From NCBI GenBank assembly GCA_965113315.1, contig OZ220377.1: DNA of 64,000 nucleotides, one strand, 5' to 3'. The notes below the pieces were generated by a model, which saw only the letters and a program-made list of their open reading frames with translations, was not told where the DNA came from and did not search any database. Of this stretch, positions 13,491 through 25,733 are shown in pieces (position 1 is the stretch's first letter; each line of letters begins with the position of its first letter). The translations under genes and the position numbers were made by a program. The DNA is from Podarcis vaucheri. Taxonomy: Eukaryota.

Positions 13491-14495
13491 GGAGGAGGCC
13501 TTAACCTTTGGCCTGGCTTTCACCCTTTCTAAGCAGAGAGGAGAGGCAGGGGCACTATGCCGCAGACCCCCCCCCTTTGTACTGCCCCCCCCCAGCTTTT
13601 CATTGTGGCTTGACTGACAGGCAGGGTGAGAGGGTGCTGCAAGTACAGACAAAGGGCAGCTTCTTTTTTCTCCTCCCCCCCTCTACACCAGGCCGCAATG
13701 AACACAAGACCCTCCCGCCTATTTGATGATAACATTTATTTTACACGGTACCAGCAGTTCCAGAGATGCTTTACACAGTTTCATAAAAATGTGTGGGGTT
13801 GTTTTGGGGTATTTTTTAATGTCCCACACCGAAAAGGGTTTGCAATTGGATCAAAGGCCCCTCTAGTCTGGAGCTCCTGGCTGCAACGGCTCTGTTCCCC
13901 CCTCTGCTTTCAAAGGCACACTGCCCCTGAATAACAGTGGATTGGGGATTGCAATGACTACTGCCTGAAACCTTGCAGAGCTGCTGCCAGTCAGTGTAGA
14001 CAACAGTGAGCTAAATGGCCCATTGTTTTCCGTCTGTATAAGGTGGTTTCCCATACTCCTTCCTAAAGCGTCTCTTTGTTCAGAACCGCGAGGACTGGAA
14101 TCTTTTAGGGGGGACACAGGGAGCTGCTGCTACTCCACCTAGCCCAGAATTGCCTTTTCTGACGGGCAGGGGCTCTCCAGGGTTTGGGTCAAAGGGTCTC
14201 CCCTAGCCTTCCTAGAGATCCTACTGGGGATTGAACCTGGGACGTTCTGCATGCAAAGCAGAGGCTCTCTGCTGCTGAGCTACAGCCTCTTCTTCCCCTT
14301 TGCAGGCAGAAGGGCCCAGACTCACTCCCCAAAGGGCATCTCCAGCTAGGGCTGGAAATATCCCCTGTCTAGAGAGCGGGCGCCAGTCAGCGCAAGCAAT
14401 ACTGAACTTAGAGGGAGCAAGGGGATAAGGTAATGTCCGGTGTTCCTGCCTTTTAGATTTTGGGATAACGGATCTCTCTCGGCCATCTTTTTCAG

Positions 14496-14678
14496 GATGA
14501 CATGACCGACTCCCTTCGGGACTACACCAACCTCCCGGAGGCTGCTCCTCTTCTCACCATCCTGGACATGTCCGCCCGTGCCAAGTACGTCAAGGACGTT
14601 GAGGAGATCACACCCGACATCGTGGAAGCTTTTGTGAATGACTTTCTAATGGACAAGCTTAAACCGGAGCCCATCTGA
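14496..14678 (+). CDS. NXN: Nucleoredoxin, last coding exon
   Basis: ttttcag|GAT; DDMTDSLRDYTNLPEAAPLLTILDMSARAKYVKDVEEITPDIVEAFVNDFLMDKLKPEPI then TGA at 14676-14678. Confidence 0.96.
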   Translation, partial: DDMTDSLRDYTNLPEAAPLLTILDMSARAKYVKDVEEITPDIVEAFVNDFLMDKLKPEPI

Positions 14679-16770
14679 AGAGAAGCAGAGGCAGGGTTGA
14701 AAAGGGGAGGGGGCCCTCTTTTTTCCTGCCCCCACTCCCAGCTTGGACCTTATTTAAAAAATTGCAGGATTTTTCCCCTCTCTCCAGCTCTGTGCACAAC
14801 GTTAACTCTTGACGTTCTTGTGGTGCCTTGTTTTTTCCAAACACAGCAAGTTTCTCTCTTCTTGTTTTCCCCTCCTTAACCAAACTCTTTTTTAAAGGTG
14901 CTGCCTTTCAGCTGGGAGGTGCTGGTCAGAAGAGGCTTGGCTTATAGTTTTCTGGGTTGTGAGGGGAGGTGGGAAGTGGGAGGTTTCCCAAGAGCCCAGG
15001 TGAAGGGGAAGCGATGGATTTCCCACAGTCCCAGCCAGGGCTGTGGCTGCATTCTGTTTTTTTATTTTAAAAAAAATCTCTACTAGTCACTCATGTAACC
15101 TGTCCAAACACAGCAGTAACCAGATCCTTTATCAAAGCCCAGTTTTTCCATCTTTCCAAGATGACAAGTGACATACAAGCACCCACACCTAAATCCGGCA
15201 TATGTAATATTTTGGGGGAAGGGTAGGGTAGTTAACCCATCAAAACTGTTTGCCTTTAGAGGCTGAAGAAAAATAAAAGCTTGCATAGCAGGCCACTGCC
15301 CTCCTGGCTATGTTCTTTTGAGGGGTAGGGGAGTGAAGCTAGGATCCTCTAACAAATACTCTGTATCTTCTTCCAGCTGCACTCCCTTAGGGTGTCTTTC
15401 AGCAGGGAAACAGCATCAGGTTTCCTAGGTGAGGGTCACCTCTCCAGCTTTGCTGGAATGCTCCGGGTTCAAAATGCAAAAGCATTTAATGCTCACCTGT
15501 ATTGTGAATCGAATTTTCTCTCTCTTCCCCTTGAATCTTCATACAACTTGGATCGTAATCCAGTTGTCCATGCCTTTCTCTCTTTGGCAGTTTGTACACA
15601 ACAGTCGCATCTTGGGAGCCTGTAGTTGCCAAGCCACCTGAAAGGTCAATATTAAAGACTCAGGAGCCCTGGGATAATGAGATTTCCTCGAGCCCCGTTT
15701 CTGCCATGCAGGGCTTAAAGCACATGGGGAGTCATGGGATGTGCCCGTGGGGTCTCTGTGTGAGATCTTGCTGGTGCTGCCACTGGACCGTATAAATTGA
15801 GATGGGCGGTGTAGGAGGACAAATTAGAGGCCTTGGGAAATGTTTGCATCCTCTTGCGCTAGCTTTTACCCTGGGGAGGAGGAGGTATTCTTGCATTTTT
15901 TAGCCTAGCTTTGAAAATCAGCAATTTGACTTCTTTTAGGAATGACCAGGCGCAATTCTAAATCGAGTGGAAGGTTGCTCACCCACTGTTTAAAACTTTC
16001 AGCCGTGGGTTGGTGGGGTGTTTTGGCAGTGGCCTGTTTTTGCTAAAATTAGCACCATTTTGCTGCCCCTCAGAAATTCAAGCGAGTCAAGACTGGCTCA
16101 GTTAAGTGGGGTGTCGCCTGAGGTGTAGTCTGCCGTTTGCCCAAACTTTCAAGGGCTCAGAGTAAGGAGAGGAGAGGAGACACATGACTCTGCACCAACT
16201 TCGCCACCCTACTGTGTTGTGTGGTTTAAAGATATGCAAAACTTTTAAGTCACATTTGTTCAAGTGTAACCAGAAGCTTCTGCCTGGTCAGGGACCCCAG
16301 TAAAACGAGCTCCCTGGTTGTGAGAGGGGTCTGTAGCTTCCATCCTAACCTTCAGGCCACTAGCAAGTAGGGAACTTTCCAGTTGCTCTTAATTGTTGAA
16401 TTCCACCTTCTGCTTTGCAACCAACTTTCTGCAGAGTGCTTTCTTCCACTGACTTTGAAATAAAACCCAGGACTCTCTTAGGTATTTTTCTCCTCCCTCG
16501 CCTTTTTTTCTTCCTTAATCCCATGTTAAATACATCCCCCCTAAACATGCAGCTGATAAAAGCTTGAGCAATTCTCGGTAGAGGTGACTGTGATGTTTTT
16601 AGCCGTTTTGGCAAGCAAGGTGGATTGGGTTGGGATTACGCTGGGATAGCACAGCCAGATCCTCTCTCCCCAACCCAATCGTCTCTGTCTCTCTCTCTCT
16701 TTCTCTCTCCCTGGCAAAGTTGGACGTTGTAAAAAACAAACAAACTTGTACATGGTGACTGGAACTTTGT

Positions 16771-16776
16771 AATAAA
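16771..16776 (+). terminator. Candidate NXN poly(A) signal (3' UTR about 2.1 kb)
   Basis: AATAAA followed by a GT-rich tract (gtgtggttttgctgt); another AATAAA at 15272. Confidence 0.5.
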
Positions 16777-19201
16777 ACCCGTTCTAGTAACATCAGCTCG
16801 CCCAGAGTGTGGTTTTGCTGTCAAGGCTGCAGAGGCAGGTTGCTAGAATGTGGGGACGTGTTTGGGCAGGATAGCGTGGGAGCAAACTCTTGAGAGAAAC
16901 TCATGGCAAGGGGCCTCAGGACAGATCCGCCCCCCTCCATGTTTTCTTGCAACATGGAGGTGATTTGTTGTGTTACTCCAGATGTTGCTGGACTACAAGT
17001 CCCATGATCCTTGGCTGGGGCTGCTGGGAGTTGAGTCCCACAGCCATTCGCAGGGGCTTCTGATTTGCTCACCCCGTTAAATTATCATATGCAAGAGACC
17101 TTGTTTCCAGGACCTCTGCTTGTAGATAATACCCAGGAGCCTGGAGTTTATCAAAAGGCCTTGAACAAGTAGAGTGATGCTTTAGGCCACAGGTCCAATA
17201 GCTAGAAAGTCCTGCCTCCTCCAGACGGCCCTCTTTCTGCAGGATGCAAACCAGCATGGGGTGGCGAAGCTGAATTCGCCACTGCCTAGAGCAAGGGTGG
17301 GGGAAGGGACTCTGTGGCCCTCTAGTTGGAACCCCAACTCTATGATCCTTAGCCACCCCGTGGCTGATGGGAATTGAAGTCCAACAACATCCAGAGCAGG
17401 GGGCGATGGCAGCTCTGGCCTTCCGGATCTTGGAGGAGTGCTGCTCTCATCCCTGACCATTTGACCAAACTGCCCAGAGCTGATAGGAGACCAGCCTTTG
17501 ACCAGGGGCGTCGCAGGTGCACCGATCCTGTCCAGGAGTAAAGGAGGGTAAAGAAATCTGGCAATGCTAACTACTCCATGTAGAGTCCCCACCTTTTTGC
17601 CATCAAGTGCTTCTGTGAGCGTTCTGCCACCTTCTGGTGAAAAAGAATCTTAGCAGTTTGAGAAACACACGTATATGGTACTAATAATTTTCCAAAAGCT
17701 CCTTTTGGAGGAGCCAGAGCGGCAAGGGTCAGAGCTGGAGGTTCAAAAAGAGGGGAAACATTTAAAAGACATTTCTGGCAGATGGCAGCATTCAGGCTTC
17801 CATTAAGGGTGGGCAGAGCAGAGCAGCCACCTGTCAGTCCAAACTGGCTTTTACAGAACATTTAAACCTTGCTGGCAATCTGAAATGAGGAGAAGCCTCA
17901 GTGGCTTATTAGAAATACACTCAACAGAGAGGGGAGCAAATCCAGAATTTATTCTGTACAACTCTGGTCTCCACATAAACAATGGGAAGATCTCTTTTCC
18001 CAGCAGAAAGAGATTTAAAAGCTTGATCTTTAACCAGGATGACCGTTTGGCAGATTTGTCTTTTAACTTACTGGCTTAATGCACTAAAACGCTCTCTGGG
18101 TAAGAAACCTGAACATCTTATTTGACAAAAGAAGAGATTGGAAGGGCTAGGAAGGAAATAGATGGAGATCCAACCCCCCCCCCCAAAAAAATCAGGAGTT
18201 TACAGGCTCAGCCAGGAAGGGTCATTCAGCAGGAGAAAGAGACACCAACCGGAAAAAGGCCTGAACAAACACATTGCATTGTGAGGAGGGACTACGGCAA
18301 GAGAGCTTGTGGCAGCTTGAGGTCGCACGCCAGAGGCGACAAGCTGCGCCGTGCCCTTGGCAAGGGATCAGAGAGGACCTGGTGAGGTCACCCTAGAAGC
18401 TGTGCCAGAGGCTGAGTCACGGACCCAGCAATGCACCTTCGCTGCCAGAAAAGGGAGGAGGGGGGGAAAGATGGGGTGGGGATGAAGCTGACTTAAAAAA
18501 AAGTACACGCTGGCAGATGCCACAGCCCTGGGGCGCTTGGCTACATTGATTTTGTGCCAGCTTCACAGGGTGAGGGCCTCCAGGCCCAAGGCAAAGCTTC
18601 CTCTGTTAGCTCTGAGTTTCAGAATTCAAAACGCATGCAAGATCTGAGAGTCTGGATTGTACCCCTTTAGCCAGCCAGGTATGTGCACTTCGGGCAGGGT
18701 CCTATGCTGGAATGTCCCTCTATAGTTGTTGTTTTTTTTCCTATCAAAGTATCCCTGTTTGGAGTTAGCTAGAACCTCAAGGAAAGATCCAAACATTTCC
18801 CCCTGAAGTGCTGGTTTTCTAGATGCAGGGACCTGTGTTTTTTGTGTTTTCCCAGCAGGGGTGGAAGGAATTCAAATGCACAGGCACTCCACGTACATAT
18901 GCCCCCATAAGCCCCAGTGACACAATGTGGGAAAACAACCGAATGAAGCAGAAAAAGTGTAAAAATGGGGTTGAATGTTTCTGCTGGGCTTTCTTGCAAT
19001 CACACTTGCCTCCCCAAGAGAGCCAATCTTGGCAAACAGCCTTTTGTAAACTACAGTCTCTTAAAAGACACTTGCCCCCTCCCTTCCTGTTCACTTCCGT
19101 TTTCTTCGGCAACCAAGTCACAGAGAATTGGCTCTCCAAAACCAAAGGGCAATGTTTGTTTCTCTGAACACCCCCACAGGCAAGACTCTGGCATCTATTC
19201 C

Positions 19202-19758
19202 TCAACAGTTCTGCCAGATCCCGGAAACGGGGTTTCTCCCTGCCTCTGACAGCTTCATCTGCCGCTTTCCTTCGAAGAGGAGGATGCTGGCAGCCATGGC
19301 ACAGTTCAAGCTGTCCACGCCAGGGACCACCGGGATTACCAGCCGCTTCCCCCCAGTGCTCTGGGCCAGCTGCCTGGCTTCCGTGCTCACGCCGTGGGTC
19401 TCCCCACCGATCACCACCGCCGTCGCGGGACCCTCCATCCAGGGCTCAGAGTAAGGCTGGACTTCCAGCCGGCCCGATTCTTGCCTCTCGTCTTCGCTGC
19501 CGTCCAAATCACGGTCCCAATCCTGCAGAGCCGGCTTCGCCTTCAGGTTGTAGGGCCGGGAGACCCAGCCATGGCTGGCGGCGTTCTCTGCCACTGCTGG
19601 TGTGGCCTGTGCCTGGGAGCAGTCGGCCACATGCACACAGCTGTCGGGGAGGAGGTAGCTTGGCAGGACCCCCCAGTCCAGGTCGGAAAGGATGGAGAGG
19701 CGGAAGTGAGCTCCCATCCCTGCCCGGAGGACTTTGGGCTCCCAGGCGTCGACGCAGC
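19202..19758 (-). CDS. MRM3: Mitochondrial rRNA methyltransferase 3, exon 4 (last)
   Basis: ctccag| acceptor; GCVDAWEPKVLRAGMGAHFR...VIGGETHGVS...VDSLNCAMAASILLFEGKRQ (SpoU/SPOUT motifs); stop TGA. Confidence 0.95.
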
Positions 19759-19844
19759 CTGGAGAGTGCGGGGAGAGGGAGGAGAAATGTTAGAAGAGTC
19801 TGGCGCAGTCTTGTGGAGAATGACACGCTGCAAGGACAATAGGG

Positions 19845-20197
19845 GTGGGACACGGGTGGCGCTGTGGGTTAAACCACAGAGCCTAGGACTTGCCGATCAG
19901 AAGGTCGGCGGTTCGAATCCCCGCGACGGGGTGAGCTCCCGTTGCTCGGTCCCTGCTCCTGCCAACCTAGCAGTTCGAAAGCACCTCAAAGTGCAAGTAG
20001 ATAAATAGGTACTGCTCCGGTGGGAAGGTAAACGGCGTTTCCGTGCGCTGCTCTGGTTCGCCAGAAGCGGCTTAGTCATGCTGGTCACATGACCCGGAAG
20101 CTGTATGCCGGCTCCCTCGACCAATAAAGCGAGATGAGCGCCACAACCCCAGAGTCGGTCACGACTGGACCTAATGGTCAGGGGTCTCTTTACCTTT
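19845..20197 (+). mobile_element. Full-length Sauria SINE nested in an L1-like 3' fragment (19832-20494)
   Basis: gggacacgggtggcgctgtgggttaaaccac head, tttaccttt tail, 12-bp TSD AGGACAATAGGG; host fragment flanked by GAGAATGACAC(G/A)CTGC. Confidence 0.9.
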
Positions 20198-21297
20198 AGG
20201 ACAATAGGGACTTTGAAAAAGAGTGGGAACCTTTTATATTATATTTGCAGAAGCAAAGAAAGAATTTTGACCTGATAGTAGGATTTAAATAAACATCCAC
20301 AATTTTATGGATAGCGAATAGATAAATATGACATTTTTAGAAAATAGCAAAATATACTAATGAGGTTAGTAAATCAGAAATGGAAGTCGAGGGAAGTCCA
20401 AAAGGGGGGAGGGAGAGATGGTTATGTATGCTGTATGTTGTAAGTATATATGTAATGAGAGAAAAGAAAATTAATTTTTAAAAAAATTAAAAGAGAGAAT
20501 GACACACTGCTGACCTAAAAATATTTTAAGCAGCCAGCTAATGACAGCTCTGTGTTAGCATTTCATTTTGCTTTTAATTTTTAATTTGTATACCTCCTTT
20601 CTATATTGCTATACACAAGGTGGTTTACAAGCTGAAGAAACAGCAAAGATCGCACACCTTATAACAATCTGATCCAATACACACAAAAAGGAACTCAGGA
20701 TTCAAGCGCCAGTGCATTCTCCCTGTGAGCCTTCAGGAATGCCTGACTGCCTTTGACAGTGGAGCCAAGCATTGCTAGCATGAGCAGCAGCCATGGATAG
20801 CTAGCAGCCCTGCTGGTAGATGAAAAAGGCACAGCCCACCTAAGCACTCCTCATTCAAGGAGCCTCTTTGGATGCCACTCAGCAGCTGCCAGCGAGAAAC
20901 TGGACCACTAGGGTTTGCTAAGAGACTGACTCAGGTTCAGTTGGCCCTAAAAGAACTCTGATTTTTTTCCCCTCTACCTTCCCCATCCCTTTTTCCTTTT
21001 ATGTTGTGACTTTGAGATTGCAAAGCCCAAAGGCATGTGTTGCTGTTTTTTAATTGTAACAAATGCTTCAAAAATATGAATAGAAAAGTAAACTTCCTTT
21101 GGGGAGGCGGGGGGGGGGGGAGGATTCTCATTTGATGAAAGCGGTCGCAATCCTAATTCCACACATCTCTTTAAAAGATTAAAAGGAAGCTTTCCAGAAG
21201 CAAAGCCTGCCCCTTTTGCATATCTGAAGCCTTATCAAGTCCTTGAGTCAGGTCAGCTTTGGAGAGGCCCTGCATATCTTACAGCCATAGGTTAGGA

Positions 21298-21788
21298 CAG
21301 TGTTTCCCAACCGGTGTTCCGCGGCACACGAGTGTGCCGTGAGACATCGGCTGGTGTGCCGCGAGATACCTGGAGGGAGGCGGGCGAGTCGGGCGGCGAG
21401 AGGCGGGGCGGCGGCGGCGAGGAGAGGCCGCGCCTCCTGCTGCTGCCTGGCGCTCCTCCTCGCAGCCGGCAGCGCTGCCTGGGCGCCTCCGCGCGACTCT
21501 GCCTCGCTGGGTTTGGTCTCCCAGCAGAGACGGGTCACACGCGCCCCTCCCTCCCTCCCTCAGCCTGCGCGGAGGGAGAGCCAGAGAGAGGCATCGCTCC
21601 TGCGCTCCGAGGTGGATTGAGCGCAGCTGAGAGGAGCTGCCGAGGGAAAAAACTTTCACTTTTGTGCGTCCCTCCCGGCGTGACGCTGCGCGCTGACGTC
21701 ACGGGGCGGGGCTTTAATGGTGGTGTGCCGCGAGATTTTTTTTCAGTAAACAGGTGTGCCGTTGCCCAAAAACGTTTGGGAAACACTG
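21298..21788. mobile_element. hAT (Charlie-like) MITE with CpG-rich interior
   Basis: TIR CAGTGTTTCCCAA, perfect 8-bp TSD GGTTAGGA. Confidence 0.9.
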
Positions 21789-22252
21789 GGTTAGGAAATG
21801 TGTCATAACAAAAGCTGCTTTGCTAAAGGGTTAATGGCAACAGGCATGTTGATTAAGAAAACTCAGTTACCCATCAGTCTTATCTCCTTGGAGCCAAACC
21901 GCCCCAAACCCATCAGGTTCTATTCTATATAAACCTTTCCCAGCCTGATGCCTTCAAGTTTGGGACAATTAATTCCCATCAGGCCACAGAATGCTGAGAA
22001 AGAAGCCTGAGAGCAGGGTCAGGTAATATTTCTGAGCCCTCTCCCCACCTGCAATTTCCAGCAACTGTTATTCAAAGGCATGTTGCAGTTTCTGCCCCCC
22101 TCTCTCTTAAAGCTGTCCAGGTTGGAGGCAGTCACTGCCTCTTGTGGGACCAACCAGCTGCCTCTGGGAAGACCCCAAACAGGTCTTGCCCCAAGGAGCA
22201 GAAGCGGAATTGGAACCCAGCTCTCATCTATCCATAGAGTGACGCTCCCCAC

Positions 22253-22420
22253 CTTTCAGAAGCAGCACCCTGCTGCAGCCTGCTCCAGCTGCTGATCTCA
22301 GGAGGGTGCCCATGTTCCCTGGGTCGCGGATGTTGTCACAGATCAGAGAGAGGGGCAGCGCATGTTCTCGCTGGACTTCTGGGTACGCCATTTTGGCGTG
22401 GTCTGGTCTGGAGAAGATTC
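22253..22420 (-). CDS. MRM3: MRM3 exon 3 (168 nt)
   Basis: ctccag|GA ... AAAG|gtgggg; GIFSRPDHAKMAYPEVQREHALPLSLICDNIRDPGNMGTLLRSAAGAGCSRVLLLK (SpoU motif DPGNxGxxxRSA). Confidence 0.95.
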
Positions 22421-22744
22421 CTGGAGGAAATGCAGTCAGGGAAGATTCCTTTAGTACAAGGGTGGAGGCTCCTCAGACCCGCAGCCTCAAATGGGCCCCT
22501 CGAGACCCTCCCAAAGCCTCTCCCCAGGCCACACCCCCTACTGGCCCTGCTTCACACACCCCATGAGTGCCTGAAATTCTGGAGTGCCACTTCCAGTCAG
22601 TGTAGACACTACTGAGCTAGATGGGTCAATACAGTCTGACTCAGTATAAGGCAGCTGCCCATGTTCCTCTTTAAACCAGCCCCTCATAAGGACTAGAATC
22701 TTGTTTTAATTTCAGGAAAAGAGCTGTGACTCCGAGACAAAGTA

Positions 22745-22986
22745 CAGTGGTACCTCTGGTTATGTATTTAATTCGTTCCAGAGGTCTGTTCTTAACCTGA
22801 AACTGTTCTTAACCTGAAGCACAACTTTAGCTAATGGGACCTCCCACTGCTGCTGCGCCGCTGCCACACGATTTCTGTTCTCATCCTGAAGCAAAGTTCT
22901 TGACCCGAGGTACTATTTCTGGGTTAGCAGAGTCTGTAACCTGAAGCGTCTGTAACCTGAAACGTATGTAACCCGAGGTGCCACTG
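22745..22986. mobile_element. Tc1/mariner MITE, family A (CAGTGGTACCTC TIR)
   Basis: TIR plus TA TSD; further copies at 46106-46323, 48466-48663, 48712-49023, about 54230-54615, 54689-54921, 60562-60781 and 63297-63478. Confidence 0.9.
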
Positions 22987-23157
22987 TATCAGCCTCTCCC
23001 TGGTTTAATTTCCAGCACTTCCATCTTGGGCTGGGAATATCCTCTTGTCTGAGACTCTGCAGAGCTGCTGCCAGCCAGTGTGAATGTTACTGAGCTCAGA
23101 GGGACCAATGGCCTGCCTGTGTATAAGGCAGCCTCCCTGCGTTCCTGATGAACTTAC

Positions 23158-23402
23158 CAATCACACCCTGAGATGTGATGACATCAGACCAGGTCTTGAG
23201 GTCTTCAAACTTCACCTTAACAAGGCTGACGCCTTTCAGCTTGTCCACTGGCAGCTCCTTCAAATGCTCTATGGCACTGAAGAAGAGTGTCTGGGGAACG
23301 GCGCCAGCTGCCAGCGCGTCGGCGATGAGTCGCCTGCCCTCCAGCAGGATCTTCCCGTGTCTCTCGCGAAACGACCTGGACTTGGCAAGTGTCACCACTT
23401 TG
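23158..23402 (-). CDS. MRM3: MRM3 exon 2 (245 nt)
   Basis: ctctgcag|C ... TTG|gtaagt; SKVVTLAKSRSFRERHGKILLEGRRLIADAL...WSDVITSQGVI. Confidence 0.95.
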
Positions 23403-24045
23403 CTGCAGAGAAACAGATCCATCAAGCCCACAAACTTTTCTTCCCCAGGCTGGTTGACAAATGTTATCTGTAGCCCCAAAAAATGACAACCACCAAAAGC
23501 GATAGAGCACATCAGGCTGCTCAACCAGAGGTGGTTCTTCCAACAGAAACAAATCCAAAATGTGCACAACTGTTTCCATTTACAACAAGCCCCCCAATAC
23601 CAGGAGAATGGTTGTAGCTCCACGGTACAGCCTCAGCGTTTCATTCACAAGGCCCCAGGTTCAATCCCTGGCATCTCCTGGGAGTGTTGCCTTCCTGAAG
23701 TGATGGAAAGTCACTGCTGGGCAGTGCAGACAATTCTGAGCTAGATGGACGGGTTGCTCTGACTTGCTATAAGGCAACTTTCTGTATCAACCCATCCAAT
23801 CTCCATCACATCCTTCTGCAGCCTTTTTCTGCCCCCCCAAAAAAAAAAACTAGAGAGGATGTGTATCTATGGTGTGGGAGGGAAGGAAAACTTACCCTGC
23901 TTCCAGAGCCACATGGAAGACTGACTAAATGAAAGTCACGTGGACTTAGGGACATTGGGAAGTTGCACTGCCTTGCTTGCCAGAGAGCATCATTCCAAGG
24001 GGGCGAATAACCCAGCTCGTTTGCTTTCCTCTACCCTTCCCTTCT

Positions 24046-24876
24046 CCTCCAGCACCATAATTCAAAAGCATCAATTCTTTGGCGATCAGCCTTCTTGATG
24101 ATCCAGCTCTCACTACTGGGATGTATGGAAGTGAGAGCTGGACCATAAAGAAGGCCGATCGCTGAAGAATGGATGCTTTTGAATTCTGGTACTGGAGGAG
24201 ACTCTTGAGAGTCCCATGGACTGCAAGAAGATCCAACCTCTCCATTCTGAAGGAAATCAGCCCTGAGTGCTCACTGGAAGGACAGATCCTGAAGCTGAGA
24301 CTCCAATACTTTGGCCACCTCATGAGAAGAGAAGACTCCCTGGAAAAGACCCTGATGTTGGGAAAGATGGAGGGCGCAAGGAGAAGGGGACGACAGAGGA
24401 CAAGATGGTTGGACAGTGTTCTTAAAGCTACAGTGGTGCCCCGCAAGACGAATGCCTCGCAAGACGGAAAACCCGCTAGACGAAAGGGTTTTCCATTTTT
24501 GAGCTGCTTCGCAAGAAAAATTTCCCTATGGGCTTGCTTCGCAAGACGAAAACGTCTTGCGAGTGTTCCGATTTTCCCCCGCTCCCCCCTCTTTTTCTAA
24601 GCCGCTAATAGGCTTTTAGTCGCTAAGCCGCTAAGCCTTTAATAGCCGCTAATTCGCTAAACCGCTAATAGCGCTAATAAGGTTGCTTCGCAAGACGAAA
24701 AAACCGCTAGATGATGAAACTCGCAGAACGGATTATTTTCGTCTTGCAAGGCACCACTGTACCAGCATGAGTTTGACCAAACTGCGGGAGGCAGTGGAAG
24801 ACAGGAGTGCCTGGCATGCTCTGGTCCAGGGGGTCATGAAGAGTCGGACATGACTAAACGTCTAAATGATGACAAC
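24046..24876 (+). mobile_element. RTE-BovB LINE 3' fragment with 5' inversion and nested family-B MITE (24431-24759)
   Basis: Encodes DAFEFWYWRRLLRVPWTARRSN...LEKTLMLGK (BovB ORF end); 13-bp TSD ACCCTTCCCTTCT. Confidence 0.9.
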
Positions 24877-25404
24877 ACCCTTCCCTTCTGTTTTTCCTTT
24901 CATGCTGCAAATACTCAAGACTGCGAATCAGCAGACAGAGAAGACTGCCTAATCTTTTAATATACAGTTGGCACTTTTTTCCAAGTAGTTTAAAAACGCT
25001 TCTTATTAATTTTTAATATTATTATTATAGGAAACCAGTGTGCTGCAGCGGCTGGAATGTTGGGTTAGGCACTGGCAGACCAGAGTTCAAATCATCTCAG
25101 CCGTGAAGCAGTCATGCTCTCCCAGCCTAATCAACCTCACAGGGTTCGTGTGGGAATAAAATGGGGAAAGAACCCTGCTCCTTGGTGGAAGGGTGGGGCT
25201 TAAATACAACAAACAAACATTTCCATCCTTCTCTGTCTCCCATCCACCCAGAACTGCAACTCCCAGAGGCCCTTGCGCGCAGCCTTTCTCGCCTGCCCTG
25301 GTGGCTCTTGGGAGTTGTAGTCCCTTTCCCATTCGTCGCTTCCCGGCCTCCGCCCGTGCCCAACAACAACCCCCAGAATGCCTTGCGCGCACGCGTGGCC
25401 TTGC

Positions 25405-25733
25405 CTAAGTCTCTTGTCTCCGGATTGCGCCTTCTGGAAGCAAAGTTCCGCTTCTTTGCGTCCCGGCACCTTCTCCTCCTCCTTCGCGGCCGCTGCCTTT
25501 GGGGCCTTGCTCTCCCAGCCGGCCTGGTCCCGAGGCTTCTTCGAAGGGCCGGCCTTGGGCTGAGGGGGGCCGGGGACGACCCGTCGCTGCTCCTCCCGCG
25601 TCTCCGCGACGGAGGGCAGCACGCGGACGGGGCTCCTCTTCAGCGCGCGGACCCCTCGCCGCCCGGCCGCGCTGCCCAAGGCCGGCCTGAGCAGCAAGAA
25701 GGGGGCTCGCGCTCCCCTCATGAAGGCCGCCAT
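25405..25733 (-). CDS. MRM3: MRM3 exon 1 (329 nt; Arg-rich putative mitochondrial presequence), GC donor
   Basis: AAGATGGCG start; MAAFMRGARAPFLLLRPALGSAAGRRGVRALKRSPVRV...FQKAQSGDKRL; phase-2 join to exon 2 requires donor AG|gcaagg; total CDS 1299 nt. Confidence 0.88.

Noticed and set aside
19845-19935. tRNA-like A/B boxes (ggttcgaatccc)
   Set aside because: Head of a Sauria SINE, not a tRNA gene
24590-24685. Short repeated GCCGCTAA units resembling an array
   Set aside because: Internal low-complexity tract of a family-B MITE, also present at about 7470-7540; no spacer/repeat architecture and the DNA is eukaryotic, so not CRISPR
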